DNA of 64,000 nucleotides from Paragordius varius (Eukaryota; Animalia; Nematomorpha): assembly GCA_964247055.1 (NCBI GenBank), contig OZ176051.1, positions 11,408,001 to 11,472,000 of the forward strand, written 5' to 3'. Made by a program: the position numbers and the translations under genes. The stretch's first letter is position 1; each line of letters opens with the position of its first letter. The notes under the pieces are model-generated. The model made no database searches and was not told the origin of the DNA. It saw only the letters and a program-made list of their open reading frames with translations. Of this stretch, positions 39,146-52,805 are shown piece after piece.

Positions 39146-42100
39146 AAAGAACACTTGATTCCCTTTTCTCTTTTTTGTCCTGGTTTACCTTTTGGTGTAT
39201 TTTATATCCCAGAGCTTAATTTTCTAAACAGTTTCAGAACTTATTTTATACATTATCAAACATTGTTTTCATGTATATATAAAAATTGTATTTTTTGCAG
39301 TTTTGTGACTCTCAGAGTCTAAAAATGGGACAGCGACAACACGATTGAAATGAACAGCTGTAAAAAAATGGCGGCAAAAGTTTGAGATAAGAATATTTTA
39401 CATTTTTACAATTTAAAGCAAATTTTTGTGTGCGCCTAAAAGGCTAAAGATAGCATTTTTTATTAGCCTTAATATCTTATATACTTTTTAAAATTTTTAG
39501 ATTTTAAATCGCTCCATACCCCAAAAGGTTATTTTATTTTATGTATCATATTTCTAATTACATATTTGCCTCGATGCCCCATTTTGCGTGTCCACTGGTG
39601 GACCCTTCACTTTCACTTAAAATATATATTATACACAATGCACAAAAATATATAGAGAGAAATGCATTTAGGATTCGGAAAGTGCTTTTGGATTTGAGGC
39701 CTACGTATGATTTAAAAAATATTTTAAGGTACTTGTAGCGCACATTGTACTCTATAAATTTTTAGGTGGTTAGAAGCTTCACTCCAAAAATATAATTAAA
39801 TATCCTATATTTATAAAGCAAAATATTATGTTCAAATTTTATATTTTAGACGTGAAAGCGCAAATTTTTGGACACCTTTAACGCTTCATTGTCTTTTTGG
39901 GTAGTTTTGTATAACCTAGAGCGATTTGTAATTTGGATATCTTAAAAGGTATTTAAGGTATTAAATTTAAAAATATGCTTTCTTGACCCTTTATATACAA
40001 ATATTTTTTTAAAAAATCTAAATTGTAAAAAAAAATTTTTTCGTAAACTTTTTTGCAGCTTTTTTCTTTTAATTATTTTTGAATCGCTATTAATGCAGCA
40101 GACAAATTACAGTCTATTATGGTTAATAAATGTGAATAAATAACGTTAAAAAGCTTTGAGGCTACATTTTACCAACAAATTGTTTTATAGAGCTTTCCCT
40201 ATTCTTGACTCTAGAAGTCACAAAACTAAATATAAGCTTATTTATTTATTACATAAAAACAATATATGATAGATAAGTTTTAAATAAAATAACTCTCAAA
40301 CTGTAGTTTATTAATAAATTTGAGATCAGGGACATAAGGACAAAAAAGTGAAAATGTAACGAAGTTAAAATACAGTAGTTTTCCCAAAAGACACGCATAA
40401 AATTGGAGATGACGGCCCTTACGAGTAATTTCTTCCACTTTTGTGGTAAGTTCTCCGTACAGAAAATGGCAACTCATTATCCTAATAATTTTTTGGGTAA
40501 AAGTATATCTTTATTCCAAAAAATATTTTTAAAAATATTTACTATGAAAAAAATAACAAGAAAATTTTAATTTTTAGATGTGAGTTCCGAAGGTCCCAAA
40601 ATTTTTCGTTCTTTTAAAATACCGACATTGCGTAATAAAAATTCAAATATATATTGTATTTGTTATCAATTAAACTATTTTATAATGCATGCTTTTTGCA
40701 AAAATTTAATATTTAGCATAATTTTTTTGAAGAGTACTTCACACTCTTTGATATTAACTTAAAACTGTATAAAACCGTTTTAAGATAATAAATCTGTATA
40801 ATCCAATAATGCTGATTGTTTCCATCACATAAACTGTTAGTTTTTAAATTTAAATATAAATCGTGTTTTTTAATTTTGACCTAAAAGCAGTTAGATTTTA
40901 GATTAGGGTGTCTATCTACCGACCTCGGGCCGCATGCGGCTCTCCGGAATATTTTTACGAATCGCGAGAAATTATTAAAAAATTACTGAACGAAATGGTT
41001 TATACTTAAATTTATGCTACAAGCCTTATAAAAATTAAGTAAATAAGCCAAAACATCTTAATATTTGGTTTTGAAAAAAGTTACATATCAAAATACTTCG
41101 AAGCCATTTTTATTTCCCACGATTTTTGTAAAATATCGTGTTTTTTTATTCTAACGCTAAAATTTAAACTATATTTAAAATCTAATATTGATATGAACAG
41201 AAAAATTGGTTTGATTATTTGTATTATTTTTATGTTTGCTAATGAACACATGTCATAGTGATTTCATTTAGGTTTTATACATAAAATAAGTAATATCAAA
41301 TTTCGGTGCATTAATGTTATACAATAAGGGTAAATTTTTGCAATGGTTTGAATTTGTTCAATATTTGAATATTTGATTTAAAACACTCCTGAGTCCTCAA
41401 ATACCCTATTTTGAATCGGATGACTGAAATAAATGCTTATACAAGTGTTAAAAACCAATTTTATAATTAAAAGAATTTTTTTAAAAAATTTAAGCAAAAA
41501 GTTTTTAAACAAATTTTTTCAATACGGCTTTCCAAATTTCGATGATGAAAGCAAAAAATGTTGGAAAAACATAAGTATTTTCGTATTTTTCAAATCTTAT
41601 GTTTGATTATCCATTTGTGTTGGACACCTGCTTTAGATCATATAAATTCTTAGCATCATTGAATATGAAACAATTTTTTTAATTTTTTACAGTGTTAATC
41701 GTTTCCATATTCTTTAGGTACCATGACGCTTCAACAAAATTTTACCAAAAATTTAATAGGCCAGATCCATTTTTTAAAATGATATTTTTTGATGCCATAA
41801 TCTCATATATGAATATTTTTTATCGATAATCTCGACATTTTTGGGTTTATTCCAATTAGAACTTGCCATGAGAAAAAAGATGAAATGAGCCCTCTTCTAT
41901 TAAAAAATTTATTAATCACTTTTACTGTTTTATTAATGTTAGAAAAAAAAATAACTTCATTTTTAGCGTATGTATCAAAAATGCATAATTTCTAAAATCC
42001 GTTTGAATATAGAATTTATTTCTAAATTATATTTTATTGAGATATTTTAGCTTATCTAAAAATTTTTATTAGAATAGATTAATTAATAATTGGAACCGTC

Positions 42101-45100
42101 CCTTTCAAAATTTTTTAATAATATCGATTTAATATGGTTTGGGCTCACTAGTCAGCCCAATTTGAATCGAGATTTTTAACAAAATTTCGGTGAAGCGAGT
42201 TTTATGGTATTTTGAAAAAAAAACACTTAAAGATATTACACTAACTAATTTTCCATATTAATTCATGGATTCAAATAACTGATTTATTATTGAAAATTAT
42301 TTGTTTAAACAAAACTTATATATTAAATTTATATACAAACAAATCTAAAAATTTATCTTTAAATATTTACATAACGTTTTTACTATAGAAATTCGCTTTA
42401 TTAATAGGCTATATATTCAATAACGCAAACATCCATTTTTCGGAAAAAAATTTAGACGTCAAAATTTAGCATATATTTAAAATTTTATCGCACAAAAATT
42501 GGCATTCCTAAGTTATATTACCCTTGCCCATTTTACGAGTCCACAACTTAAGATTTTCTGAGTCGACGTCTAAAATTTAAAAATTTACAAAAATATTCTT
42601 ATTGCGTTAATATAGTTTTTGCCATATTTTATTGATATTTTTTTGGAATGAAGTAATTGACTTTTACGAAAAAAAATTATTTAGCAAATCGGGCGCTAAT
42701 ATTGCCAGTTTTTGGTATCGAGAATTACCAAGTTATGCGTAAGACCCAAAACCAAAAGCACCATCAGATACATTTATATAATCAAGCGCTTATTAAAAAT
42801 TTAAATGAGACAAAGGTAAAGCTTGCATTTCTGGCGCCCGGTGCATGAATCCGTGATGTCGCCTCACCGCTCCATGCAACCCCTTCCATTTTAAAAAATT
42901 ATAAAATTTAAACCGACAAAGTTGTTGGGCTGAGGTGTTGTTAAATTATTATTATCTGAAGGAGTTGTTGTCAGATTAAAATTATTTGAAAGTACTGGGC
43001 CTCTGTTCTGGGGCAGTAAAGTGGAAGTGGTTTAATGATTAGCATGATGTAAATAGATTGCAACCTTTCTCTTATTTTTTGTGTAGAATTTTCTTTCAAT
43101 TATCCTTTTTTATTTTGAGAACCGCTAAGTTTAGGACTACCTGATAATAATTTAGTTTTAATTATTTTTCTTATTTGAACTATCATATCCTACCCTTCTA
43201 GTGAACTATTGGTTTAATAAAAAAATGGCTTTAGTATAGTAAAAAACAGGAATTTAAACCGAAACCGTTTTAGGGTCCGGTTCAAATCAGTTTTTTACTG
43301 CTATCGGTTCCTGTTCCATTATTTTGATTATGAAACTATGATTCCGAAACGGTTCTACTATATTTTGATCAACAATCTTAAATTTTTTTAAAGCAACAGA
43401 AAAATTATGTGTTTTAATGGTCATAGAATTAAAAGATGACTTATCGATATTGATTAAAATATTTAATAGCCATATGTTAAAATAGTTTAAGCTGTGTGGT
43501 TCATTTTGTATATTAAAAATACTAAATAGATATATCAAAATAAAAATATAATCATATTTGATACCTTTCTAATGAATAATGGTATGATGAAATAAGAAAT
43601 ATTTTAAATTTAAGAAAAAAAGAATAAAGTTACAATTGAGCAGCAGGAAACAAAAAAGCAAAAATAAAAAGCACGGCTGTATAGATGGTATGAAGCCCTA
43701 AAAGGGAAAGAAAAAATTAACAACATTTATTTTGAAATTCGCTTTTTTATATAATATTAATTTTAAATTTATGGAATTATGGGAGTGAGCAAGCAATACA
43801 TATAATTTTATTAGAAAATCAACAGAAAATGAATAATGATCTTTTATTCATATCCATATATCTGACTTGGTGATTTAAAGCAAATATTTGAAGGTAGGAT
43901 CCATTGATATGAACAGGTTGAGGTTAAGAAAGGTAGGCGCCTGAAGGTTGGGGAGATATGTTAATTATGATATGAAATAGTTGTTAGTTTAAAAATTGAT
44001 AAGACTAAAGGAGAATTTTGATCAAGATTGAAGGTCATTACCACTCATAAATGGGTGATTTTTTATGTTTTTTATATAAAAAATTTTAAATACCTATTCT
44101 TTGGAATATAATTAAAATTTTTAACCAGGCCCCTTCCCCCCTCCAATTAGCTACCCTATGGAGCCTTACATTTTTCCCAAATCCAATACATTTCCAATAA
44201 AACTTAACGTTTTTTAATCATGCTCAACATTTTACCATCAAACTCAATTCATTCTTTTCATACACAAGAAATATTTTTAATAACTGCTTTATCTTTAATA
44301 TTTTAAGTATATCTTAATATTTTTTCTTAATTTTGGTCAAATTTTTATATAAATATAATTTAAATCTGCTTTAGGGGTTACGTTCAATTAGAACGTACGC
44401 TTTTTTATATTGCAAAATTTACATTTAATTTATTATCACAAAACTTAATAAATGTATTAAAAATTTAACTCACAATTTTAATAATGCACCAGAAATGTAT
44501 TGTGATTGGAATATAAACTGTTAAATTTGACTGAAAAGGTGTTTTTTTTGTCGAAAAAGGAATATATGTTGAGCCGAGGAATTTAGCGTAAATTTTAATA
44601 TTTTTTTTTAAATAAATCTTTAATTGATGGTCAATTGAATAGTTTTAATACCGATTAACAGATACCTTCTAAAAAATTAACTTACCATAGTGTGACTGTT
44701 AATATTCAATTAATGGAAATGATATTCTAACATTAAAACACGAAAACCAGTTTAACACCAATCACATCATAATATTCTATCCTCTATTTATACCGAAATG
44801 AATAACAATCTTATTTGAAACATATCTTATCCATAATAATATATTATTTTGAGTATATGCATTAACAAAAATTAAGTTCGTATAATAAAACTGTAAAAAG
44901 TTTGTGATAAAATATCTCAATATAAAGTTTAATATAATTCAAACGATATTGGTTACATAGGGAAATCATGAATATTAAGAATAAAATGTGCGTAAACTTT
45001 TTAATATCAGTAAATTTGGGATAAGTGAACCCATAGGTAGGCTATTTAAATGATAACAGTCATTAACTCGAAGTTAATAATCTAAAAAGGCTTTGAACTC

Positions 45101-45768
45101 CAAATTATAATGATTCCGAATAAATGTTAGGTTATGAAACGGTTTTTTTGTTAATAAGGGTTGGTTGTATGTTTTCGCCTCATTGTTAGGTTAAAAGCGA
45201 GGATCTTGGATATATAAGTAAATACAACGTCATTTTTAAAGGTGAAACATTAAGTATTCATTACGTGTTTACCTATTTATATATAGATTAAAACAATGCA
45301 TATTACCAAAAAGCTTTGCCCATAGTTTTCACTGTAAGTTTTTATAACATTTTAAATAGCTATTTCGTGGTAATTCATGTGTATCAATAAAAATAAAACG
45401 GTTATTTATTAAGGATTTTTAACAAAATGTTTTACATAACACACATTTATTTGTTGTCCGTTTTTCAAGATATTTGGCGTTTGTACACAAAATTTGGGTG
45501 ATTATGTGCGTATTGAAATTGAAAAGTTTGCAAGTGTTATTTCGAAAGCGCTCACTTAGTCTAAGTCTTTGGAGCGTTTGATTAATTGTTATCTATATGT
45601 AAGTAAACAAAATTATTAACATATATACATATAAAATAAATGTAGTTAGAAGATACTTGGGACGACGGATCCATTGAAATATAGTCTTTTTTGCCAGTTT
45701 TATAACTCACAATGGCAAATGAACAATTTCCTTCAACTCTCCAATTATATATTTGGTTTGTCTATATA

Positions 45769-46144
45769 TACCATTTACAATTCAAATTCACCCTTAAACA
45801 ATTCAAATTCACCCTTGAACAATTCAAATTCACCCTTAAACAATTCAAATTCACCCTCGGACAATTCAAATTCACCCTCAAATATAATATATATGTTTTT
45901 TAGGATTAAAAATTACCTATATTTATATATTTTTAAAAAATAAATATTTTGTTTTAAATTAAAATAATACTGAAAAAATAATAAACTATACCATAAAAAT
46001 ATATTTCATATTAATAATGAATTATATTAGTTCGAAAACACATAATTTATTTTTAGGGTGAATTTGAATTGTTTAAGGGTGAATTTGAATTGTTCAAGGG
46101 TGAATTTGAATTGTTCAAGGGTAATTTTGAACTGTAAATTTTAA
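45769..46144. mobile_element. 21-bp-array foldback MITE, copy 3 (5+4 units)
   Basis: TA|taccatttacaattcaaattcaccctt x5 ... agggtgaatttgaattgtt x4; the right terminus is degenerate. Confidence 0.88.
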
Positions 46145-46152
46145 ATATATGA

Positions 46153-49100
46153 CTATATACTATGGTAAACACGATTAATTAATAAAACCTGATCGGGTGT
46201 TGTGATAGTAAAATTTTTCCAGGCTTTGATTAATTCCACCATATTTGAGGTGTGTGCGAAGAATGATACATTTAAGGTTTGATTGATAATTTTAAAACAA
46301 TCATTGATATTTGGAAATTTAACTTTGACCCCTGTTTGTTTTACCAAAGAAACGTTTCTATAAATTATTTAGGTTTCTATTGAAATACCGGAAAAATGTT
46401 ATCGGAGCTTGGTTGGTGATTATATTATAGAACCCACTCTTAGTAATATTACATAAATCGCTAGACCAAATATACGAAACTATGAATTAGATTATATCAA
46501 ATACTTTTATAAGGCTCAATTATTGATGATTGGTGTGATGTGCCTAATTATATATAAAATATAATATATACTTTTGTTGCATTCCTTAAGTATAAAACCT
46601 AAACTTTCATAAACATCAACAGAGTCAAAAATTTGTGGATTTATCCATAATTCCACCTCACTATAGCGCCCCTCAATGTTGGATCTTTTGATGGAATAAT
46701 TTGTATAGATGTCAAATATTTCGACTGGACTACCAATTTTTTGAACTATAACAGTCTAAAACATATATTTATTTGAAATTGGGATAATAAATACTTTTAC
46801 GTAAAATATATAGAATCATAATACATCTTATTAATACATTTTTATCCAATTTAGCTTAATATGTATAATCTGTATGTTTTATGTTTTATATTTTAAATTT
46901 TAATTGATTTCCTGTAGAAGTGATTGGATGGCTGACAAATTTTTAGTTTTAAAAGTACATTTAACATAAATTTATTATATAAAATATACAGCATTTTGCC
47001 ATACATTAATTAAACATATGAAGTTTGCCCGGACCTTATTCAATTGCTTAATGTGTTTAAATTTAACAAACCCCAAAAACAACTTTTATTAATTAATTTA
47101 GCGTTTAAATCTTAAGAAAAAATAACAAATATTGAATAAAATAAAAAAATAATGTAAGAAAGGACAAAATTGTTTAATCAACATTTCATTGTTTTTTTCC
47201 ATACACTACCATGTTGCAAATTGCTCAACTATAGTAATAAGCAAGCATTAAACTGCATACTTTATATGCTTGAATGGTGTATGAAGAGAAAATCGACGAA
47301 TCTGGACAAGGAATTTTAATAGAACCAAAACATATACATGAATTTTAATAATTAATTAGAAAACTGTTATAATACTTTGGATGGTGAACTCCAAGGACTT
47401 TTTTCTAACGGTCGTATGACAAATTCAGATTCCCCACCTTCTGTTATGTAAATTTCTTTAATCCAATTTGTTGGTAATTGTATGTAAAACTAATAATTAT
47501 GTGAATTATTTAACCCTATTAGATACATTAGTTAGATTATATAGTTGATCGTAATCATTTATGATTAAACTTGCTGACACGTTATTTACTATCAAAGTCT
47601 GCGGTACTTTCCAAACTACAAAGGTATTTTCTCGTTTTATAGTGGAATTTTTGGGCAGATTAAATCTGTTATAGATAAAATAATTATATTAAAACTGTCT
47701 ATAAAATATAATATTTAAGGCCGCGATACTCAAAGCCTAAAAATGCTTTTATATGGCCCTACATTTATTAAATTTTTCAATTTATTTATTGCTTTTGACT
47801 CTAATTATCTTCAAATGTTTCAACAACTATAAGTTATCGATATTATATGGTACAACTGCTCTTGCAAGATAAATAGTTTTTGCGGCCCTTTAAATTTTAT
47901 GTAAATGCTTGTTCCACCAACTAAGAATTTTAATGCTAAATATTTTAAATTATTGCAGTAATGCAATATTCATAGTAAATTATTCAAAGAAGATTCTAAT
48001 TTTAGCCATTTTTTGATTTTTACAGTCTAAACAGGGGTGACCATAGCAAATTGCTTTAAGCCGCATTTTTGGCTTTCAAAAACTTGGGCGATCCTCATTT
48101 CAAAACGATTATAAAGACATGAAATTTTTAATTATTAGATTTAATTCAGCGGTAAACTGCGGCCCTTAAGATGTTTGGCCCTGAATTATTTATTTATCTA
48201 TTTATGTCCTGATTAAGAGTACATCCGCAAATGTGGCCATGAAATATGCAATATTTGTCAGTATTGTATGGGTGACTTGGAAAAATAAATGGCCCTTTAA
48301 ATTTTTGGATAAGTAGAACTGTTTAAAACATTTGGATTAAGAGCACAATACACCGGCAATAACCAATTATTCTGTTCCAAAATTTGCAAAGATTTATATA
48401 TTTTGTTTAAGAAATATACCTGGATATTAAATTTAAAAATTTATATAATAAGCAACAATTATATAACCCTTTACCGAACAAATGGTAATTATGAAATTTA
48501 ACTATGCTGGGTAATTAAACATGAATGCTTAAAAATAATTAAAGGTAAAAATAATAATTTAATAATAAAGATTTCGTAGATCATAAAATTATTATTTTAG
48601 TTGGTATTTATTCAAATTTTGCGCGAACAGGTCAAAGAGTGGTGGAGTGCCACAAGCCCGCGGCTCTTGTTGGGCAAATACCTGGTCTAAGTATAGGTCT
48701 TGTAAATTTATTTATTTTTTTATCAAAATAAACGTTGCGAATTAGCCAAAACACAGAAAATATTAGGTTGCAAAATGTATTTTTTCCATTTTTACTCTTA
48801 AAATTTTTTTTTAAAATGAATTACCAAAATATAAAATGGCATATATTAATTTCAGCCTAATCAATGATTAAAAAATTTAAATTAAAAAGTTAGGTAACTC
48901 ATCATTAATTACAATCGACAATTTTGGTTCTTTTACAGTGAAAGACAATTTATAATCAAAAAAAATTATTAACTGCAAATATTAGAAGATGATCCATGGG
49001 AAAATGTCATAATTTACAATAAATATTTTTGACTTTTGATAAATAAATCAACACCATTAGTTATACTAAACCAGTTTAAAATTTTTATGATATAATAATA

Positions 49101-49274
49101 ATTAAAGGTAAAAGTTAGTAAAATTTTGAATAAAGCTGTCTCTTACTGTGATAAAATTGCTTCATAATTTGGAGAAAAGCGATTAAAATTTGATATTTCA
49201 CAAACATTAATGTAATCAGATATTGATTCTTTGAACAATACAATAAGAAGGTATATGATAAAATGTGAAAACAT
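46153..49274 (-). pseudogene. Partly decayed secreted-protein gene, probable distant paralog of the 2793-12304 orphan
   Basis: Signal exon 49274-49147 (MFSHFIIYLLIVLFKESISDYINVC..., phase-2 GTAAGA donor). Phase-compatible terminal exons 46745-46605 (QKIGSPVEIFDIYTNYS...YSEVELWINPQIF) and 46331-46153. Intermediate exon-like frames contain stops. Confidence 0.45.
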
Positions 49275-51498
49275 AAACGGTACTTTCCAACCAATTAAAA
49301 ATTAATTAATTCATCTAATTTTTCAATAAAATTTTCTATTTATATGGTAGGGATAGGAGAGCGTAGACATCCTAAAAATATATAGTATGAAATATAAAAA
49401 TAGATTTTTACTATGCACAACTAACTATGGAAATAACATAATATAGGTAATTTACTTCTTTTCTAAATATAGATTAGAAATAAATTTAGTTACAATATTT
49501 TTAAAAATTAACTCTTTTTTTTCATACCTAAAAATAAATGTATAATAAATCTTTTTATCATACAATAGTGTAAAGCTTCAGAATAATGAATATCAAAATG
49601 ATAAATGCTAAATTATTAAAAAAAATTATTTATTTTTCTATTAGCCAAAATCTGGAATTTTTATCGCCACCTACTCTGACACGCATCGCTATGTCAAAAA
49701 CAAATAGTTAAATTTTCTTCTAAAACACAAAACACGGACTCACAAAAGCCGTTAATTTTGTCTGGAATCGTTTTGTTAGGCAGGTCGGTAGATATAAAAA
49801 CGCCTCCTAATATTTTCGCCTTTAAACCAGAAAATTTTTGAAACCATATTTAATATATATGGTCTCATGCAGAAAAATTGTTTCAAGCCACTTCATATTT
49901 ATATGGCGTATTTCACAGAGGATGGATCCCTATTCAGGGGTGAATGGGCTCCGCTAAATTTTAAGCCTCCACATGGGAAATACCTGAAAGTTTATTACCA
50001 CCATATGGTCTTTAAAGATTGAAATTAGCCTTATGTAATATAATTTGGCGTATTTTACAGAGGTTGAGGCTCTACTGAGCGGCTCATGTTATAAAGCCGC
50101 TGGTCTAAAATTTTTCGTTTTATATTCTGCTAATATCAACATATTTTTATCAAAGCTAAACCATATGATGGCGTATTTTAGAAGGCCTCTTCGGCGACCA
50201 ATTTAAAAGAGCTCTAGGTTTAAATGGTTTTCTTTTGTACTGAAATCTAAGAATATTCTAACTTAGGCAAACGATTGCTTCAAAAAATTATTTATAGACG
50301 TATTCAATATTCAAAAAATCTTATATTTATACTTACAGTGGATATTGGCGCACATTTAATTGCAAACAGCGACTTTAGATACTTAAATTTGCCACAATTT
50401 AACATCTACTTCGATTCGCGTGCCTTTTGATAAATGGTTCCGATTCGGAATTCACATTATTTTGAACTGTTAAAAATCAGCCACTAAAATATAAATAAAA
50501 AGGCCACTAATATTCTGTTATATTTGTTATCCATTAGTTATATGGCACAATGCGAAGGCTTGTTTTAGGGATAATAAAAATAAATTTATTTAGATCTTGT
50601 TATAGTCATCTGGTTAGCATAGAAAAAAAGATCATAATATTATTTTAGATAACTCAACTTTATTTTAGATAACTCAAAAAATACAAAAGTTTTTTGTGTC
50701 AAAGAATATAAGTAAAATATTTTCGGTATAATGAAAAATCGTGTATTTCGGATATTTTACGGCTAAATAATATATATATATATATATATATATTGAGCAA
50801 ATCAGAAAAAATAATTCGAACGATATTTCTTTATTTAGAGTATGTTTCTTTTTGATGTTGTCTAACTTCTGTTTAATAATAATTAATGTCATTTTGATAT
50901 TATTTTTTATGTGTATTTATTACATATTTTATATAGAGCTGGTTAACCTTATTTACGGAAGACATGTGACCATGATCTTTTTTTAGTGTTTACCAAATTT
51001 TATGATCTCAAAGACAATTTTAGGAGCTACCTTTTTAGGGTGCGAGGTTTGGAACGAAATCGTGTTAGTTATTAAACATTTAAAAATAGAATCAGGCTGG
51101 TTAATAAAATTTTGCTGCAATTAGTTAAAAAATTATAACCAGTTTAATCTCATATCAGGAGCTCATTAAGAATAAGGTTCTGGCAACATATACTTTCGTT
51201 TCGTATTTAAAGTTTTAAAGAATTGTTAGCCAGTATTTTTACGCTATCTGCTTAAATAAAATAATGTATTGGATATTGCTTGGTTCGTATTGACATATGG
51301 AGGCATAAAAACATGATAGTTTTTACCAAAAAAATCGACGGTTCTAAGTTGAATTGGGGCACTCGAAAACCAGTCTTCGCTGTTAATAATGATGAAAACA
51401 TGTAGCGCATGCAATAAAATTGCTTTTTAAACCAACAATTATATATATAAGTTTTATATTAACTTCTTTACTGTTTTATAAAGAGTAAGGGTATAATC

Positions 51499-51685
51499 AG
51501 ATATTCCATTTTCAGTCAAAAACAAGACTTTTTCAACCAAACGCAACACTTTTTCAAGCGAACGAAACATTTTCCAGCTAATATTAATTAACAAATGTTG
51601 GTTAGCTAGAACAAATGTTGCATTTGACTGATAAAATGTTGCGTCTGCTTGAAAAAGTTTACGTTTTTGATTAAAATGGTTATCT
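51499..51685. mobile_element. Small palindromic MITE with ~20-bp subterminal repeats
   Basis: agatattccattttcagtcaaaaac ... gtttttgattaaaatggttatct; its termini resemble those of the 23637-24622 element. Confidence 0.65.
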
Positions 51686-52726
51686 AATTACATAAAATTA
51701 GACAAATATACCATTACCCATATTTTCTATTATATCGACTTCTTCTGTTCTTATTAGCTTTTGAACAGATCTTTGAATCCGAATGTTTGAGTTAACTAGA
51801 ATAATTTATTAAACCCACATAATTTTGATTTTGGATAAAAAATTTACTGCAAAGGTAATTATAATGATGCATTTATATGATGTAATTTTAAATATAATTA
51901 ATGAAAATTTGAACATTTTAATAAAGATCTAGCTGGCAATTTCACCCTTGAGTAGTTGCTTCGCTAAGTTTCTTGGATATTCCTCTAGGAATTTGCCAAT
52001 CAGCTGGTACCCCACGTTTTACTATGTAAAAAAGAAATAAAAACAAAATAATAAATTAATATATAAAATTTGGTAAATAAAATACAACTCTTCTAAGATT
52101 TTTTTCACCCTAAAATTTTCACGATATGTCAATATATTGGTTTATGTGCTGATATTTTACCTTTTTAATGGGAAAATTTTTTCGTGATATATCTTTCAAT
52201 ATATGACCAAACTAGTTTGGAACATTTATTTATGCCTGTATATTAATTTATTTAGATTTTTTTAAACATAAATTAATAGAATTTAAATGTAAAATAAAAT
52301 TATTAGGATAATATTGCATAAACCGGTTCATAAATGTCCTATTATTTGTTTTGTATTAAGTTACTATATCCTGTAAAAATTTGGGAATCAAATAACAATT
52401 TTCAAAAATATGCTGATTAAATCGTAAAAATGATATTTCTTTAGCAGAGTTTCTGAGTAGCTATTGGGAACAAAAATTGGTGAAAAGTCGTATTTATATT
52501 GTGGCAATTAATCTCTTATTTAAATTCTTGTATTATATTTATCCCATATCCTTATTTGCGTCTAGCAAAGCCATTTATAAATAACCCTCTTCTAAAACAT
52601 TATATAAAAGTGCATGTTTTAGGGTTAAAATGACATTCATTTTCGCTGAAAACACACGACACATAGATAATAACTATATGTTAACATTTTTGTGTTCTTT
52701 AATCATAACAAAAAGAATTTGTATAC

Positions 52727-52805
52727 CTAATCTAGCATTTGCAGTACCAACGGTTAGCATCAAAACAATACATCCCAAAAAGAGGAGTAATCCTTGAATA
52801 TTCAT
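52727..52805 (-). CDS. Signal-peptide first exon of an unresolved secreted-protein gene
   Basis: MNIQGLLLFLGCIVLMLTVGTANARL followed by a GTATAC donor. Downstream exon-like GC-richer patches at ~52640, ~51930-52020 and ~51715-51790 could not be chained unambiguously. Confidence 0.45.

Noticed and set aside
48032-48684. Possible hAT MITE (caggggtg...cctg)
   Set aside because: The right TIR is degenerate and the flanks match only out of register, so the boundaries cannot be supported.
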